Shown: in pieces, positions 9,251 to 19,321 of the stretch
Numbering within the stretch: the first letter of the stretch is position 1
Layout of the letters: each line of letters begins with the position of its first letter
DNA from: an uncultured Acidobacteriota bacterium
Lineage (GTDB): Bacteria > Acidobacteriota > UBA6911
Direction of reading: 5' to 3'
Length of the DNA: 64,000 bases
NCBI GenBank assembly: GCA_963843575.1
Contig: CAWJKZ010000014.1
Location: forward strand, 96,001 to 160,000
Notes under the pieces: generated by a model
The model's input: the letters and a program-made list of their open reading frames with translations, nothing else
The model's database searches: none
Told to the model about the DNA's origin: nothing
Position numbers and translations under genes: made by a program

Positions 9251-10459
9251 ATGATTCCGCGCATGCGCCCATTACTCATGATCGTCGCTGTCGTATGGCT
9301 CGCGCCCGCCGACCGCCACGTCCCAGGCCGACAGCTTCAAGGCGAACTTTAAAATATTCAAGGAAGTTGCGAAAGGCATAGACTTTTTTGCCGCTGGTCG
9401 TGACAGCGTCACCGCGTTTGAGAAGCCCGTCCGGGAAGCGCGGAAGAGGCTCGAGCTGTTTCTGGGGCCGCAGCTGGCGTCCGGGGCGGTGGTGATCTGC
9501 TCCACCCTCGAGCAGAAGGACTCGGTGAACGAACCGAAGGTGTTGCGCATGGGGTACAAGTGGGTGCTTATTCAACTGACCCCTGAGGCGAACAACCAGG
9601 AGACGCTGGCGCGGATCAAGGCGCAGGCAGGCGGGCAGGTGCCCCCCGGTTTCCTCGAGCGCATGCGGAACCAGACCCCGGAGATGAAGGCCGCGGCCCT
9701 CAACCGGATGGTGACCGCAACCGTGCAGCGGATTGGGTATGCGATTCTGACGACCACGTTCTCTCCCGACAAGCCCTTCCGGTCCTCGCGGGCAGACGAT
9801 GTGGCGCGCAGCCCGATGGCCGACTGGCTCGACGTGGGGATTGTGTCGTACGGCGCCGGAGGGACCACTCCGAACCTGAGGCTCCTGCAGGACCGGATCG
9901 AGGAAGCGTTTCCGATCGAGGATGTGATCGTGATGTCCCGCCCGTTCGTGGTGCCGGGTACGGACGGTAGCGGCGGGGGCGGCGGCGCGACGGTGATGGT
10001 CATGCGTGCGGCAGGTCCCGTCGGGCAGGGAGGTGCCGGCGGTCAGGGAGTTCCCGCGGGAGGAGCGGGAGGCCAGGGTGCGCCCGCAGGTGGTGCGCCC
10101 GACATGACGGCCGGGCGGCGTCCGGGGGGGCGTCCAGCGGCGCGGGGCGCGGGGGACGCGGAGGATCCATGCCCAAGGAGGTCCAGGACCGCATGCTGTT
10201 TGACGCGCAGGCGGCCTCGCTGTTCTCGTTCATCATCGAGAAGGCGGGGATGGACAAGGCAAGAGCCCTGGTGCAGGCGAGCCGGGACAAGCAAGATCTG
10301 CGTGAAATGCTCATCCGGCCCGATTTTCTGGGGACGGACATGGAGAAACTCGAGAGCGACTGGCAGACCTGGTTGAAAACACAGAAGGGCGATCCCGGCG
10401 GCATGAGGATAATGGTCGGCCCCGGGAACCGGCCGCCCGGCGCCCCGTCCAACAACTGA
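9251..10459 (+). CDS. Secreted hypothetical protein with peptidase MA-like (gluzincin) features and degenerate active site; split by about 2 frameshifts
   Basis: Signal peptide MIPRMRPLLMIVAVVWLA, joined by a frameshift (~9310) to the frame of ORF 9489..10376 and by another (~10140-10170) to 10169..10459. PMADWLDVGI and FDAQAASLFSFII...KLESDWQTWL resemble MA-clan motifs. Confidence 0.65.
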
Positions 10460-10475
10460 CTGGCGAGACGACGAC

Positions 10476-11784
10476 ATGGTTGCGATAAAGGGAAAACGGT
10501 TGCCCTTGTGGGCTATGGTGTTCACGGTACTGCTGGCCGGCGCGACGACGGCCCTGCTCGCGCAGCGGCGGTGCAAAGGAACCGGCCGTGAAAGCAGCGA
10601 ATCCCGCCGCGGCGGCGAAGGCTCCGGCGGAATCCCACAGGGTCCACACCCACAAGGTCGGCACGGCAGACCTCACCCGCACGTTGCTGGTGACCGGGGA
10701 ACTGCGCGCGGCGCGCTCGCGCGACATCACTGTGCCGAACATTCGGTCCGGCTTTGCCAGCACGATCACGTTTCTGGTGCTGGAAGGCACGAGCGTGAAG
10801 CAAGGGGAGCGGATCCTCGAGTTCGATGGTGCTGCCCTTCTGACCAGCAAGTCCGAGGCGGAGCGGCGCCTCGACGAGACGAAGTTGAACATATCGAAGA
10901 CCAAGGCGAATCTCGAAGCACAGCGCGCCGATCTGTTGATCGAGCTTGCGACGGCCGAGGGGAACCTGAAGGTCGCGCAGCTCTACGCCAAGATCGAGAA
11001 GTCGCTTCTTCCCGCCAACACGTTTCAGAAGTACCAGCTCGACCTTGAGAAGGCGGTCCTGGCGCGCGACAAGGCCAAGGAAAAACTCTCAAACCTGGAC
11101 GCGAGTGTCCCGTCCCAGATGGCGCTTGTCGAAGTCGATCGTGCCCAGGCCGAACTGGACCTCAAGAAGATCGACGGCGATCTGGAGAAGCTGCAGATCG
11201 ACGCCCCGCAGGATGGCGTCGTCGTCTACGGGGACAACTGGGCGAGTAACCGCAAGGTGCAGATCGGGGACAACCTCTTCCCGGGGATGACGGTTCTGAG
11301 CCTGCCGGACATGTCGGCCATGCAGGTGGTCGGCTTCGTCTACGATACCGAGCTGCGCTTCCTGTCGGCGGGGATGGTATGCGATATCCACCTGGATGCG
11401 ATCCCCGGCCGGAGCTGGCGCGGGCGAATCGAATCGCTGACTAGCGTGGCCAGTCGCAAGGGCTTCGCCTCCCAGCACAAGGTTTTCAGGGCCACGGTGC
11501 AGCCCGACAGCCTCGATTTGAACGTTATGAAACCTGGAATGACCGCCAGGCTCGAGTTCGAAGTTTCGCTGGGGACGGGCGCCGTGGCCATTCCCAGGGA
11601 CTGCCTCGGGCTGGATACCGCGGGGCGCTACTACGTGCTCAAAGGACCGGACCGGCAACACGCGTCAGTGCAGGCCGTCAAGGTGGGGCGCTTCAGTGAC
11701 CGCACGGTCGAGATCCTCTCCGGCCTGAGTGCGGGGGATACTATTCTTATCCTGAATCGCGAGGGATCGGAGGTGACGTCGTGA
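10476..11784 (+). CDS. Periplasmic adaptor (membrane fusion protein, HlyD/MacA-like) 1; frameshift near 10570
   Basis: N-terminal TM helix in ORF 10476, body in 10588..11784; EGTSVKQGERILEFD, IDAPQDGVVVY, MKPGMTA, VEILSGL motifs. Confidence 0.88.
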
Positions 11785-13007
11785 GTCGCAAGACAGCGCT
11801 CTTGATTTTGTTGCCGCTGGCGGCGTTGGCGGTAGCCGGCGTCTGGCTCTACCGCTCCGCCCGGGTTTCGGCGGCACCGGACGAGAGAGACCTCGTCGTG
11901 GTGCAGCGCGTCGACTACCCGGTGGTGGTAACGGCGCCAGGCATTCTCGAGGCGGCGAAGAATGTCAGTATAGGCGCGCCCAAAATCCAGCGCGAGCACC
12001 GCTTCAAATTGTCGCGCATGGTCGAGGAAGGGAAGCAGGTGTCCGAGGGTGATTTCCTGCTGGAATTCGACGGCTCCGACATAAGCCGCCGGTTGCGGGA
12101 CTCTACGGCCAATTTCCAGCGCGTGCAGGAGGAGTACCAAAAAAAGCGCTCGGATTTCGACATCCAGATGCGCGACCTCAAGCTGCAGCTCGAGCAGGCG
12201 AAATCGGATTACGAGAAGCTCGAGAACAAGCTGAGCCGTCAGGCCGAACTCGAGAGCGCCATCGTGATCGCCGAGACGCAGATCCGCCGCGACGCCGCCC
12301 GGCAGAAGGTATCGATGCTCGAGAAGAAGATCGGCTTCGTCGACGAAGCCGGGAGGCTCGACCTCGAGATGTCGCGCAGCAACGAGAGGCACTACCGGAA
12401 CAACATGGATATGCTCCTCGACGCCATGGACTCGCTGACGGTGACGGCGCCGGTGTCGGGGGTCGTCATCTACAAGCGAGACCGGGGCAACGAGGCACGT
12501 CAGATCGGGAGCTATGTGTTCATTCTGGATACGGTGCTCGAGATTCCGGACCTCTCCACGTTGCGGGCGAAGGTCATGGTCGACGAGATCGACGCCGGCA
12601 AGGTCAAGGTCGGACAGGAGGCGCAGATCCAGGTGGACGCCGTGCAGGGCAGGGTGATTCGAGGCAAAGTGGTGTATCTCAGCGCCATCCTGAAGCAGGC
12701 CTCCTACGACCGGCCACAGAAAGTGGCAGAAGCTTTCATTGAACTTCTGTCGAAGGATGTTGCCCAGCTCCGGCCGAGCATGAGCACGCGGGCCACGATC
12801 CAGGTGGGCCGCTACAACCAGTCCATCGTTATCCCGATGTCGAGCATCAATGAAAGGGAAGGCCGGTCCTACGTTCAACTGTGGCGGCCCGGAACGAAGA
12901 GCTTCGACTGGCGCGAGGTGCAGCTGCTCACCAACGACGGCATCACCGCCGTGGTGGCCGCGGGGCTCGAGGTAAACGACAGGATCAGATCCAAACCCAA
13001 AGTCTAG
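11781..13007 (+). CDS. Periplasmic adaptor (membrane fusion protein) 2
   Basis: TM anchor; EGKQVSEGDFLLEFD; coiled coil; VTAPVSGVVIY; LRPSMST; overlaps the previous stop (GTGA). Confidence 0.9.
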   Translation: MSRKTALLILLPLAALAVAGVWLYRSARVSAAPDERDLVVVQRVDYPVVVTAPGILEAAKNVSIGAPKIQREHRFKLSRMVEEGKQVSEGDFLLEFDGSDISRRLRDSTANFQRVQEEYQKKRSDFDIQMRDLKLQLEQAKSDYEKLENKLSRQAELESAIVIAETQIRRDAARQKVSMLEKKIGFVDEAGRLDLEMSRSNERHYRNNMDMLLDAMDSLTVTAPVSGVVIYKRDRGNEARQIGSYVFILDTVLEIPDLSTLRAKVMVDEIDAGKVKVGQEAQIQVDAVQGRVIRGKVVYLSAILKQASYDRPQKVAEAFIELLSKDVAQLRPSMSTRATIQVGRYNQSIVIPMSSINEREGRSYVQLWRPGTKSFDWREVQLLTNDGITAVVAAGLEVNDRIRSKPKV

Positions 13008-13008
13008 G

Positions 13009-14399
13009 ATGATCGCAATGACGTACCACGGCGACGATTTGAATGTGAAACGGAGCACGCCCCGGGGGCGCCTGGCCCGCATCGGGCTGTTCCTTTTCTT
13101 TGCCGCGCTCGGCATGGCCGGCGTGATGTACCGCGATACGCTGACGACGCGGATCACGCACGTCCTGGCCGCATCGGAGGAGGATCCCGTCCCGGTTCAG
13201 CGGCTGGAGAAGGTTCCCTACCAGCTCGAGATCCCCGCTACGGGCGAGATCACGGGCCTGGAGAGCCTCCCCGTCTCCACTCCGAGCACTCGCGGAGGAG
13301 GGCTCAAGATCGCCTGGCTGGTTCCCGAGGGGAGCTTTGTCAACGCGGGCGACCTGCTGGTCCGATACGACAGCACCGACGCGCAGCTCAACTACGAAAA
13401 GCAGGAGAACACGCTCGAAGCCAACAGGCAGCGTGTCCAGATCACGGCCGGCACGACGGCGACCAACGAGAAGGTCCTGGCGATCGACCGCACGGACGCG
13501 GAAAAGGAATACGAGTACGCCATGACGGTGCTGCCCCAGGACGAGACGATCTTCTCGAAGTGGGACATCATCGAAGCCAAGATCAACGCGGGGTTCGCGA
13601 AGGAGCGTATCAGCTTCCTGCAAAACAAAGGCCGGGTGCAGAAACGGGTCGCGCGGGCGGACCAGCAGATCCTGGTGATCGAACGCAACAAGGCGCAGGC
13701 GGAACTCACGATCGCCAAGCAGACACTGGACTCGCTCGAGGTCCGCTGCTCCGAAGGCCGGGCTTGTCCTCTACCGGCGCGACCGCATGCGCGACCCGCA
13801 GATCGGCGACGAGTCGTGGCCGGGCCAGGTGCTGATTGAACTCGTCGACCTCGCCGCCCTGCAGGCGCGCGTCTACGTGCTCGAGCGCGATGCGGGGAGC
13901 CTGGCCAAGGACCGCGGGGTGGTCGTGAGGCTTGACTCGATTCCGGAGAAGGTCTACCAGGGCACGGTCCGCAACGTGGCCGCCCTGGCGCAAGCCCTCG
14001 AGCGCAACTCGCCGCTCAAGTACTTCATTTGCGATGTGTCCATCACCAATGCCGGCGAGGATCTGAAACGCATAAAGCCGGGGATGTCTCTCAAGGCCGA
14101 GGTCATCCTCGAGAAATACGACTCGTGTTTCGTTGTGCCGGCCGGCGCCGTCACCACCAAGGGAGCCGACACGCTGGTCTATGTCCAGCAGGGAAACAAG
14201 TTCGTCCCTCGCCCGGTCACAGATCGGGGCGGCGAGCCACGGCCAGTCTACCATCCTGGCGGGCGTGGACGCGGGCACGGTGATCGCGGTGCGCAATCCC
14301 TTCGAGACCCGCAAGGCCTACTTGCCCGATTTCAGCAAGGCCGGGGCGGCGGGCGGGGGCGGGGGTGGACGGATGATGATCCGGATGGGCGACCACTAG
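13009..14399 (+). CDS. Periplasmic adaptor (membrane fusion protein) 3; frameshifts near 13750 and 14220
   Basis: ORFs 13009..13839, 13787..14470 and 14133..14399 join into one MFP: VPEGSFVNAGDLLVRYD, IKPGMSL, ILAGVDAGTVIAVRNP. Confidence 0.85.
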
Positions 14400-14442
14400 A
14401 GCACTCTTCTATACGGAGAACCGCGGAAAAGGCACAGCGACA

Positions 14443-15681
14443 ATGTGGAACTTGGAAAGCGTTCGGGTAGCGCTCAGCAATCTCGGGAGGCGGAAACTCC
14501 GCTCTCTCCTGACCATGCTGGGCATGATCTTCGGTGTCGGAGCCGTGATCGCGATGCTGTCGATCGGCGCCGGCGCCGAGCGGGAGAGCCTGCGGATCAT
14601 CGAGAATTTCGGGATCCGCAACATCATCATCCAGGCCAAGGAGTTCAAGGCGGAGGAACTCAGGCAGATCCGCACCGAATCCCTGGGGCTGGCCCTCCGC
14701 GACGTCGAAGCGCTCCAGACGGTGCTCCAGCCCAAACCCGCGATTTCCGCCAAGCGGGTCGTCAAGACTTTCCAGGTCATTTCCGAGAACGCGCCGGAGC
14801 GACAGCCGGGTGCTCGGGGTCAGCAGCACCTACCCCGCCATCCAGAACCTCCAGCTGCTCCAGGGGGCGTTTTTCGCAGCCGTTCGACGAGGATGCGGCC
14901 AACCAGGTGGCCGTGCTCGGCATTACGGCCAAGCAGAAGCTGTTCGGCTTCGGCGACGTGATCGGCAAGCAGATCAAAGTCAACGATCAGTGGCTGACGG
15001 TGATCGGCGTCCTCGCCGACGCCAACGTCGAGAAACAGGAGTTCGAGGGGGTCAAAATCCAGAATCCGAACAACGACATCTACATCCCGATCACAACGTC
15101 CATCAAGAAGTTCGAGAAGGACACCCTCGAAAACGAACTGAACGAAGTCGTCGTCCAGGTCAGTCCCGGAGGCCGATCTCAAGGAGCAGTCGGCGGCAAT
15201 CAGCAACCTGATGTCGGCCATGCACCGCTACGTGGACGACTACTCGCTGGTGGTGCCCGAGAAGCTCCTGGAGCAGAACCAGAAGACGCAGGGGATCTTC
15301 AACATCGTCATGGGCGCGATCGCGAGCATCTCGCTGCTGGTGGGCGGGATCGGGATCATGAACATCATGCTCGCCTCTGTGCTCGAGAGGACCAGCGAGA
15401 TCGGGCTGAGGCGCGCTCTGGGGGCGCGCAAGCGGGACATCCGGGTGCAGTTCATCGCCGAGGCCCTCGGGCTCAGCCTCGCGGGAGGGCTCGTCGGCAT
15501 CGCGCTGGGGTACGGCATTTCGAGGATGGTCGCCGTCTACTCGGGCTGGAGCACGATCATCACGGCGGGATCGATCGCCCTCTCGTTCGGCGTCAGCTCG
15601 ATGGTCGGGCTGGTGTTCGGCATCTACCCGGCGGTGCAGGCTTCGAACCTCGACCCGATCGAGTGCCTCCGCTACGAATAG
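14443..15681 (+). CDS. MacB/FtsX-type ABC transporter permease; about 3 frameshifts
   Basis: RKLRSLLTMLGMIFGVGAVIAM; ISLLVGGIGIMNIMLASVLERTSEIGLRRALGA; C-terminal DPIECLRYE; pieces in three frames. Confidence 0.9.
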
Positions 15682-15725
15682 GGGACCGCGGGCGGCGCCG
15701 TGACCCGCTAGGCGGTGTGCCGCGG

Positions 15726-16421
15726 TCAGGCGCCAGGAGGCTGCAGCAGCACGTACAGCGCGCCGACTCCGCCGTCGGCATACTGCGCCGAAGCGTACGC
15801 CACGACGTGACGCGACATCCGGCGGGTGGAGAGCCAGCGCTGCAGGCTGTCCTTCAAGACCGCGCGGTCGCTCGGCGAGTTGATTCCCCGCCCGTGAATG
15901 ATCTTGACGCAGCAGCTGCGGAACCGGGCCATCTGTGTGATGTACTCTTCCACCGTGATCCGCGCCTGCTCGCGGCTCAGCCCGTGCAGGTCGATCTGCC
16001 CCTGGATGGAGTAAAGCCCGTTGCGCAGGTTCGGCAGGAAGCGCTTGCCGGCTACCCCCACCCAGCCCTCGATGTACTCCGGATGATCCGTTACCGGATT
16101 GGCGGGTATGCCGTTGACGGCGTCCTGCATCATGCGCCGGTGCTCCGCCTCGGGGTCGACCGGTTCCGGGGGAACCGGTGGTGGCGACTCGAGGGGCTCG
16201 TGCCGCCACTCCGCCCGCTTTACGCCGTCCATCGCATGACCGAACAGCTCCTCGTCCGATTCAGCGGGTTGCTCCGGTGGTGGCTCGACCTTAGGAGGAG
16301 GAGGCGGTGGTGGCGCGGGCCGCGCGCCGAGGCGCAGCCCGGACTTCTTGAGCAGCTCGGGCAGCTCACTGAAAGGCGTGTCGGGGGGAGGGAACTCGGT
16401 CTTCGGGCCGGATTTTTTCAT
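15726..16421 (-). CDS. Smr/MutS2 C-terminal domain protein (SmrA/SmrB-like)
   Basis: IDLHG, IIHGRG, GGVGALYVLL Smr motifs; start MKKSGPK after GAAGG. Confidence 0.9.
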   Translation of the reverse strand: MKKSGPKTEFPPPDTPFSELPELLKKSGLRLGARPAPPPPPPPKVEPPPEQPAESDEELFGHAMDGVKRAEWRHEPLESPPPVPPEPVDPEAEHRRMMQDAVNGIPANPVTDHPEYIEGWVGVAGKRFLPNLRNGLYSIQGQIDLHGLSREQARITVEEYITQMARFRSCCVKIIHGRGINSPSDRAVLKDSLQRWLSTRRMSRHVVAYASAQYADGGVGALYVLLQPPGA

Positions 16422-16537
16422 ACAGACGCCTTCTCGGACATTTCGGGCCGGGCGATTTTCGGGTGCTGCGGTCCCGGAGTACCGCTGCTGGATTCTCCCG
16501 TGCCCCGTCACCGACATAATAGCATCCGCAGCCGAGT

Positions 16538-17653
16538 CTACCGTGCCAGGTAATCCTGCGTGACCATCTCCCAGTATGTGGGGTTGCGCCCGCGGTCCTC
16601 GTTGGAGAGGAACGCACGCACGGGCTGAAGCAGCGTGGACATGTAGTATCCCGGGACCTGGGCCGGGTGGGGCCGCCAGATATTGGCGTACGACCGGATG
16701 ATGCAGCCGTTTTCCGACCAGGGCAACGACCTGATGTTATCGACGTAGGCCGCCCAGCGTTCGCCCCGGAACAGATAGAACTCGACGTTCGAGATGTAGA
16801 GGCAGGTGACCTGCAGACCCCTTCGGCGGAGTTCCAGGGCGGTGCGCCGCAGCGCCCCCACCCCGGCGAAATCCCCCACGAGAGGCACTATCCTGTTTGC
16901 GTCGTGCAGCCGTTTGACCGTTTGAAACCGGTGCTCGTCGGCGAGGTAGTGGGCGTGCGTCGCGGACGAGTCAGTTTCCAGCATAAGGGTCCGGTAGCTC
17001 GGGTGATGTGCACGGGGAGGCCGGTAGTGGCTGGTAAACTTCAGGTCGGGGCCGCCCTCCACGAAGGCGCCGGCGACGTAGGCGATGGAGTGCATGTCGT
17101 CCTGGGTGAGTCCGAGGTTCCACGACCGGATCAGCCCGGCCGCTTCGGCCAAACTCCGCTCCCGGAAGTCCCTGTCCAACGGCGCCTTGTCGGCCAACTC
17201 CAGCAGCCTCTCCGGCGAAGCCCGGGTGAGGCCCTCCTCCCGGCCAATCGGCCTTCCGAAGAGCCGTTCGAGATACTCCGCGCGGTCGGCGCTGAGTTGA
17301 AACAATGCTTTGAGGTAAAGATGCTGAAGCAGGTTCTGCCGGCGGATGTCGATGATGAAGGCGATTTCCGGGTCGATCTCTGCGATGTAGGAGTAGTTCT
17401 GATCGGGGCCGACTCCGATATAGGCGCCGCTGTGCACGCCGAGCCGGCGCAGCGCGGGCAACACCCGGAGGTAGGCCGCCTCGTTCGAAACGAAATTATC
17501 GCTGTCGAAATACCCCTCGGGCTCCGACAGTCCCCGGATCAGCTCGCCGAACTGCCGCAAACCGATCGGCGGGTTGACGGCCCGCGCCGGCGAGTATAGC
17601 GTGGCTGCCGTGGCAAGCAACACAGTGACGTTCAGAAGGATTCGGGAAAGCAC
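16538..17653 (-). CDS. Conserved secreted hypothetical protein, possible SAM-dependent transferase-like fold
   Basis: Signal peptide; EGYFDSDNFVSNE, GAYIGVGPDQNYSYIA, YISNVEFYL; full-length ORF with coding-like composition. Confidence 0.7.
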   Translation of the reverse strand: MLSRILLNVTVLLATAATLYSPARAVNPPIGLRQFGELIRGLSEPEGYFDSDNFVSNEAAYLRVLPALRRLGVHSGAYIGVGPDQNYSYIAEIDPEIAFIIDIRRQNLLQHLYLKALFQLSADRAEYLERLFGRPIGREEGLTRASPERLLELADKAPLDRDFRERSLAEAAGLIRSWNLGLTQDDMHSIAYVAGAFVEGGPDLKFTSHYRPPRAHHPSYRTLMLETDSSATHAHYLADEHRFQTVKRLHDANRIVPLVGDFAGVGALRRTALELRRRGLQVTCLYISNVEFYLFRGERWAAYVDNIRSLPWSENGCIIRSYANIWRPHPAQVPGYYMSTLLQPVRAFLSNEDRGRNPTYWEMVTQDYLAR

Positions 17654-17708
17654 CAGTCCGCACCCGGTTTATTGGTTGAATAATACCATTTGCGCCGCCG
17701 CGTCAACC

Positions 17709-17737
17709 TTGACTTTTACGTAAGAATTCCGTACCCT
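17709..17737 (+). promoter_or_regulatory. Putative sigma70 promoter of erpA
   Basis: TTGACT-N17-TACCCT in an AT-rich divergent intergenic region. Confidence 0.45.
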
Positions 17738-17818
17738 TCCACTTCCTGACGTACGCACTCTTACGCGGTCTTGCGGCATCTGTGTGATTCCATAAATGCG
17801 GGAAGAAAAGGAGATTCA

Positions 17819-18139
17819 ATGCTTACTTTGACCACCACGGCCGTTGAAAAGGTCAAATCGATCCTCGCGGAGCGAGGGGAGTCTGGGGGGCTTCGGATCG
17901 CCGTCGTAGGCGGAGGCTGTTCGGGCTTTCAGTACCAGATGTCTCTGGACAAGCAGGCAGGAGATAACGATCAGATCATCGAGCAGGATGGCCTGAGGGT
18001 ATTCGTCGACAGCCGTTCCATGCTTTACCTCACTGGCACGAAGGTCGACTACGTCGACGGGTTGACCGGTTCCGGGTTCAAGTTCGACAATCCCAACTCT
18101 CGAGGCAACTGCGGCTGTGGCGAATCTTTCTACGCCTGA
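17819..18139 (+). CDS. erpA: A-type Fe-S carrier (HesB/IscA/ErpA family)
   Basis: GGGCSGFQY and NPN...CGCGESF motifs; AAGGAG RBS. Confidence 0.92.
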   Translation: MLTLTTTAVEKVKSILAERGESGGLRIAVVGGGCSGFQYQMSLDKQAGDNDQIIEQDGLRVFVDSRSMLYLTGTKVDYVDGLTGSGFKFDNPNSRGNCGCGESFYA

Positions 18140-18164
18140 GCGAGTTGGCACTTCTTTAATTGAG

Positions 18165-18195
18165 ACGCGGGTCGTGAAGCGGCCCGCGTTTTTTT
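18165..18195 (+). terminator. Rho-independent terminator
   Basis: Stem ACGCGGGTCG / CGGCCCGCGT with TGAAG loop, followed by a T-run. Confidence 0.85.
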
Positions 18196-18261
18196 GGAGG
18201 GGCATCGCGCGGAGTCGCCGTCCGGCACGAAACCGAGCGGGCTCCGGCGCGGAGAAAAGGA

Positions 18262-18639
18262 GTGGCCTTGACTCCCAGGTCGCCGGGCGATCGCATTACG
18301 CTGTCACGTGTGAGGTTGCATCCCCGTATCGGCGTGACTGACGGGGAGCGCAAGACACCCCAGGCATGCGAGGCGGACGTAACGGTCTGGGGGGACTTTG
18401 AGGCCGCGGCTTCCACGGACGCCATCGAGAAGGCGCTTGACTACAGCCGGATTCTGGCGACCGTTGTCGCGGTGGCTGATCAGCGGGAATACAACCTGCT
18501 CGAAACCCTTGCTTACAGGCTGGCCAGGAAGGTCCTCCAGGACTTCCCGGCGCACAGGGTGGGCGTGCGGGTGAGAAAGCGCCCTGCCTCCCTGATCGGG
18601 CAGTTGGATTTCGTGGAGGTGGAAGTTGAGCAATCGTAA
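18262..18639 (+). CDS. folB: Dihydroneopterin aldolase
   Basis: DRITL...IGVTDGERKTPQ, DYS, NLLETLA, VRVRK motifs; AAGGAG RBS before GTG. Confidence 0.9.
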   Translation: MALTPRSPGDRITLSRVRLHPRIGVTDGERKTPQACEADVTVWGDFEAAASTDAIEKALDYSRILATVVAVADQREYNLLETLAYRLARKVLQDFPAHRVGVRVRKRPASLIGQLDFVEVEVEQS

Positions 18640-19180
18640 AAGGGTGCCGGTCTCGTCCACCCCGGCATCCCATCCTTCAAAGGCCGTCACGACGGGCGAA
18701 CGCCCCGGACAGGCGGTCGCGCAGATCGGAGACCTGGCGCGACGAGCCGGCGTCAGCGTGCGCGCCGTCCGCTATTACGAGGAACTCGGGCTCATCAGGC
18801 CCGAAGCCCACAGCGCAGGAGGGTTTCGGCTCTACGGTGCGGAGAGCCTCAAGCGCCTCCAGGTGATCAACTTCCTGAAGGAGATCGGGCTGTCCCTCGA
18901 CGAGATCCGACAGATCCTGCTGGCCAAGAAGACGACTGGAAACGACCGCGAGGCGGTGCAGTTTCTGGTCCGGGTGCTGGGCGAGAAGCTGGCAGCCGTC
19001 GACGCCAAGATGCTGGCCCTCGGTGCGATGAAGTCCGAACTGAGCAGGGCGTTGGAAATCCTGCGTTCGTGCGAGTGCTGCAGCAACGAGGTGCTGCTCG
19101 ATGCCATCCGCTGCGGGGATTGCGCCAGCCTTCGTCCGCGCGAGGCCGTTCCGGACACCTTCGAGGTCATCCTCCAATAG
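18626..19180 (+). CDS. MerR-family transcriptional regulator with C-terminal Cys cluster
   Basis: IGDLARRAGVSVRAVRYYEELGLI...GGFRLY; GLSLDEIR; C-terminal CECC-x10-CGDC. Confidence 0.9.
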   Translation: MSNRKRVPVSSTPASHPSKAVTTGERPGQAVAQIGDLARRAGVSVRAVRYYEELGLIRPEAHSAGGFRLYGAESLKRLQVINFLKEIGLSLDEIRQILLAKKTTGNDREAVQFLVRVLGEKLAAVDAKMLALGAMKSELSRALEILRSCECCSNEVLLDAIRCGDCASLRPREAVPDTFEVILQ

Positions 19181-19321
19181 ATTCCCGGCGGGATCGCGAC
19201 TGCGGATCCAGGCAGCTTTCCCGGGCGGCTTGGAGGAGGTGCGGCGGTTCGACTATACTGAAGTGTGCTGGCGATTGTCCCGGGTGGTCTGCAATCGGGC
19301 AGAAAACGAAAGGTGACGACC

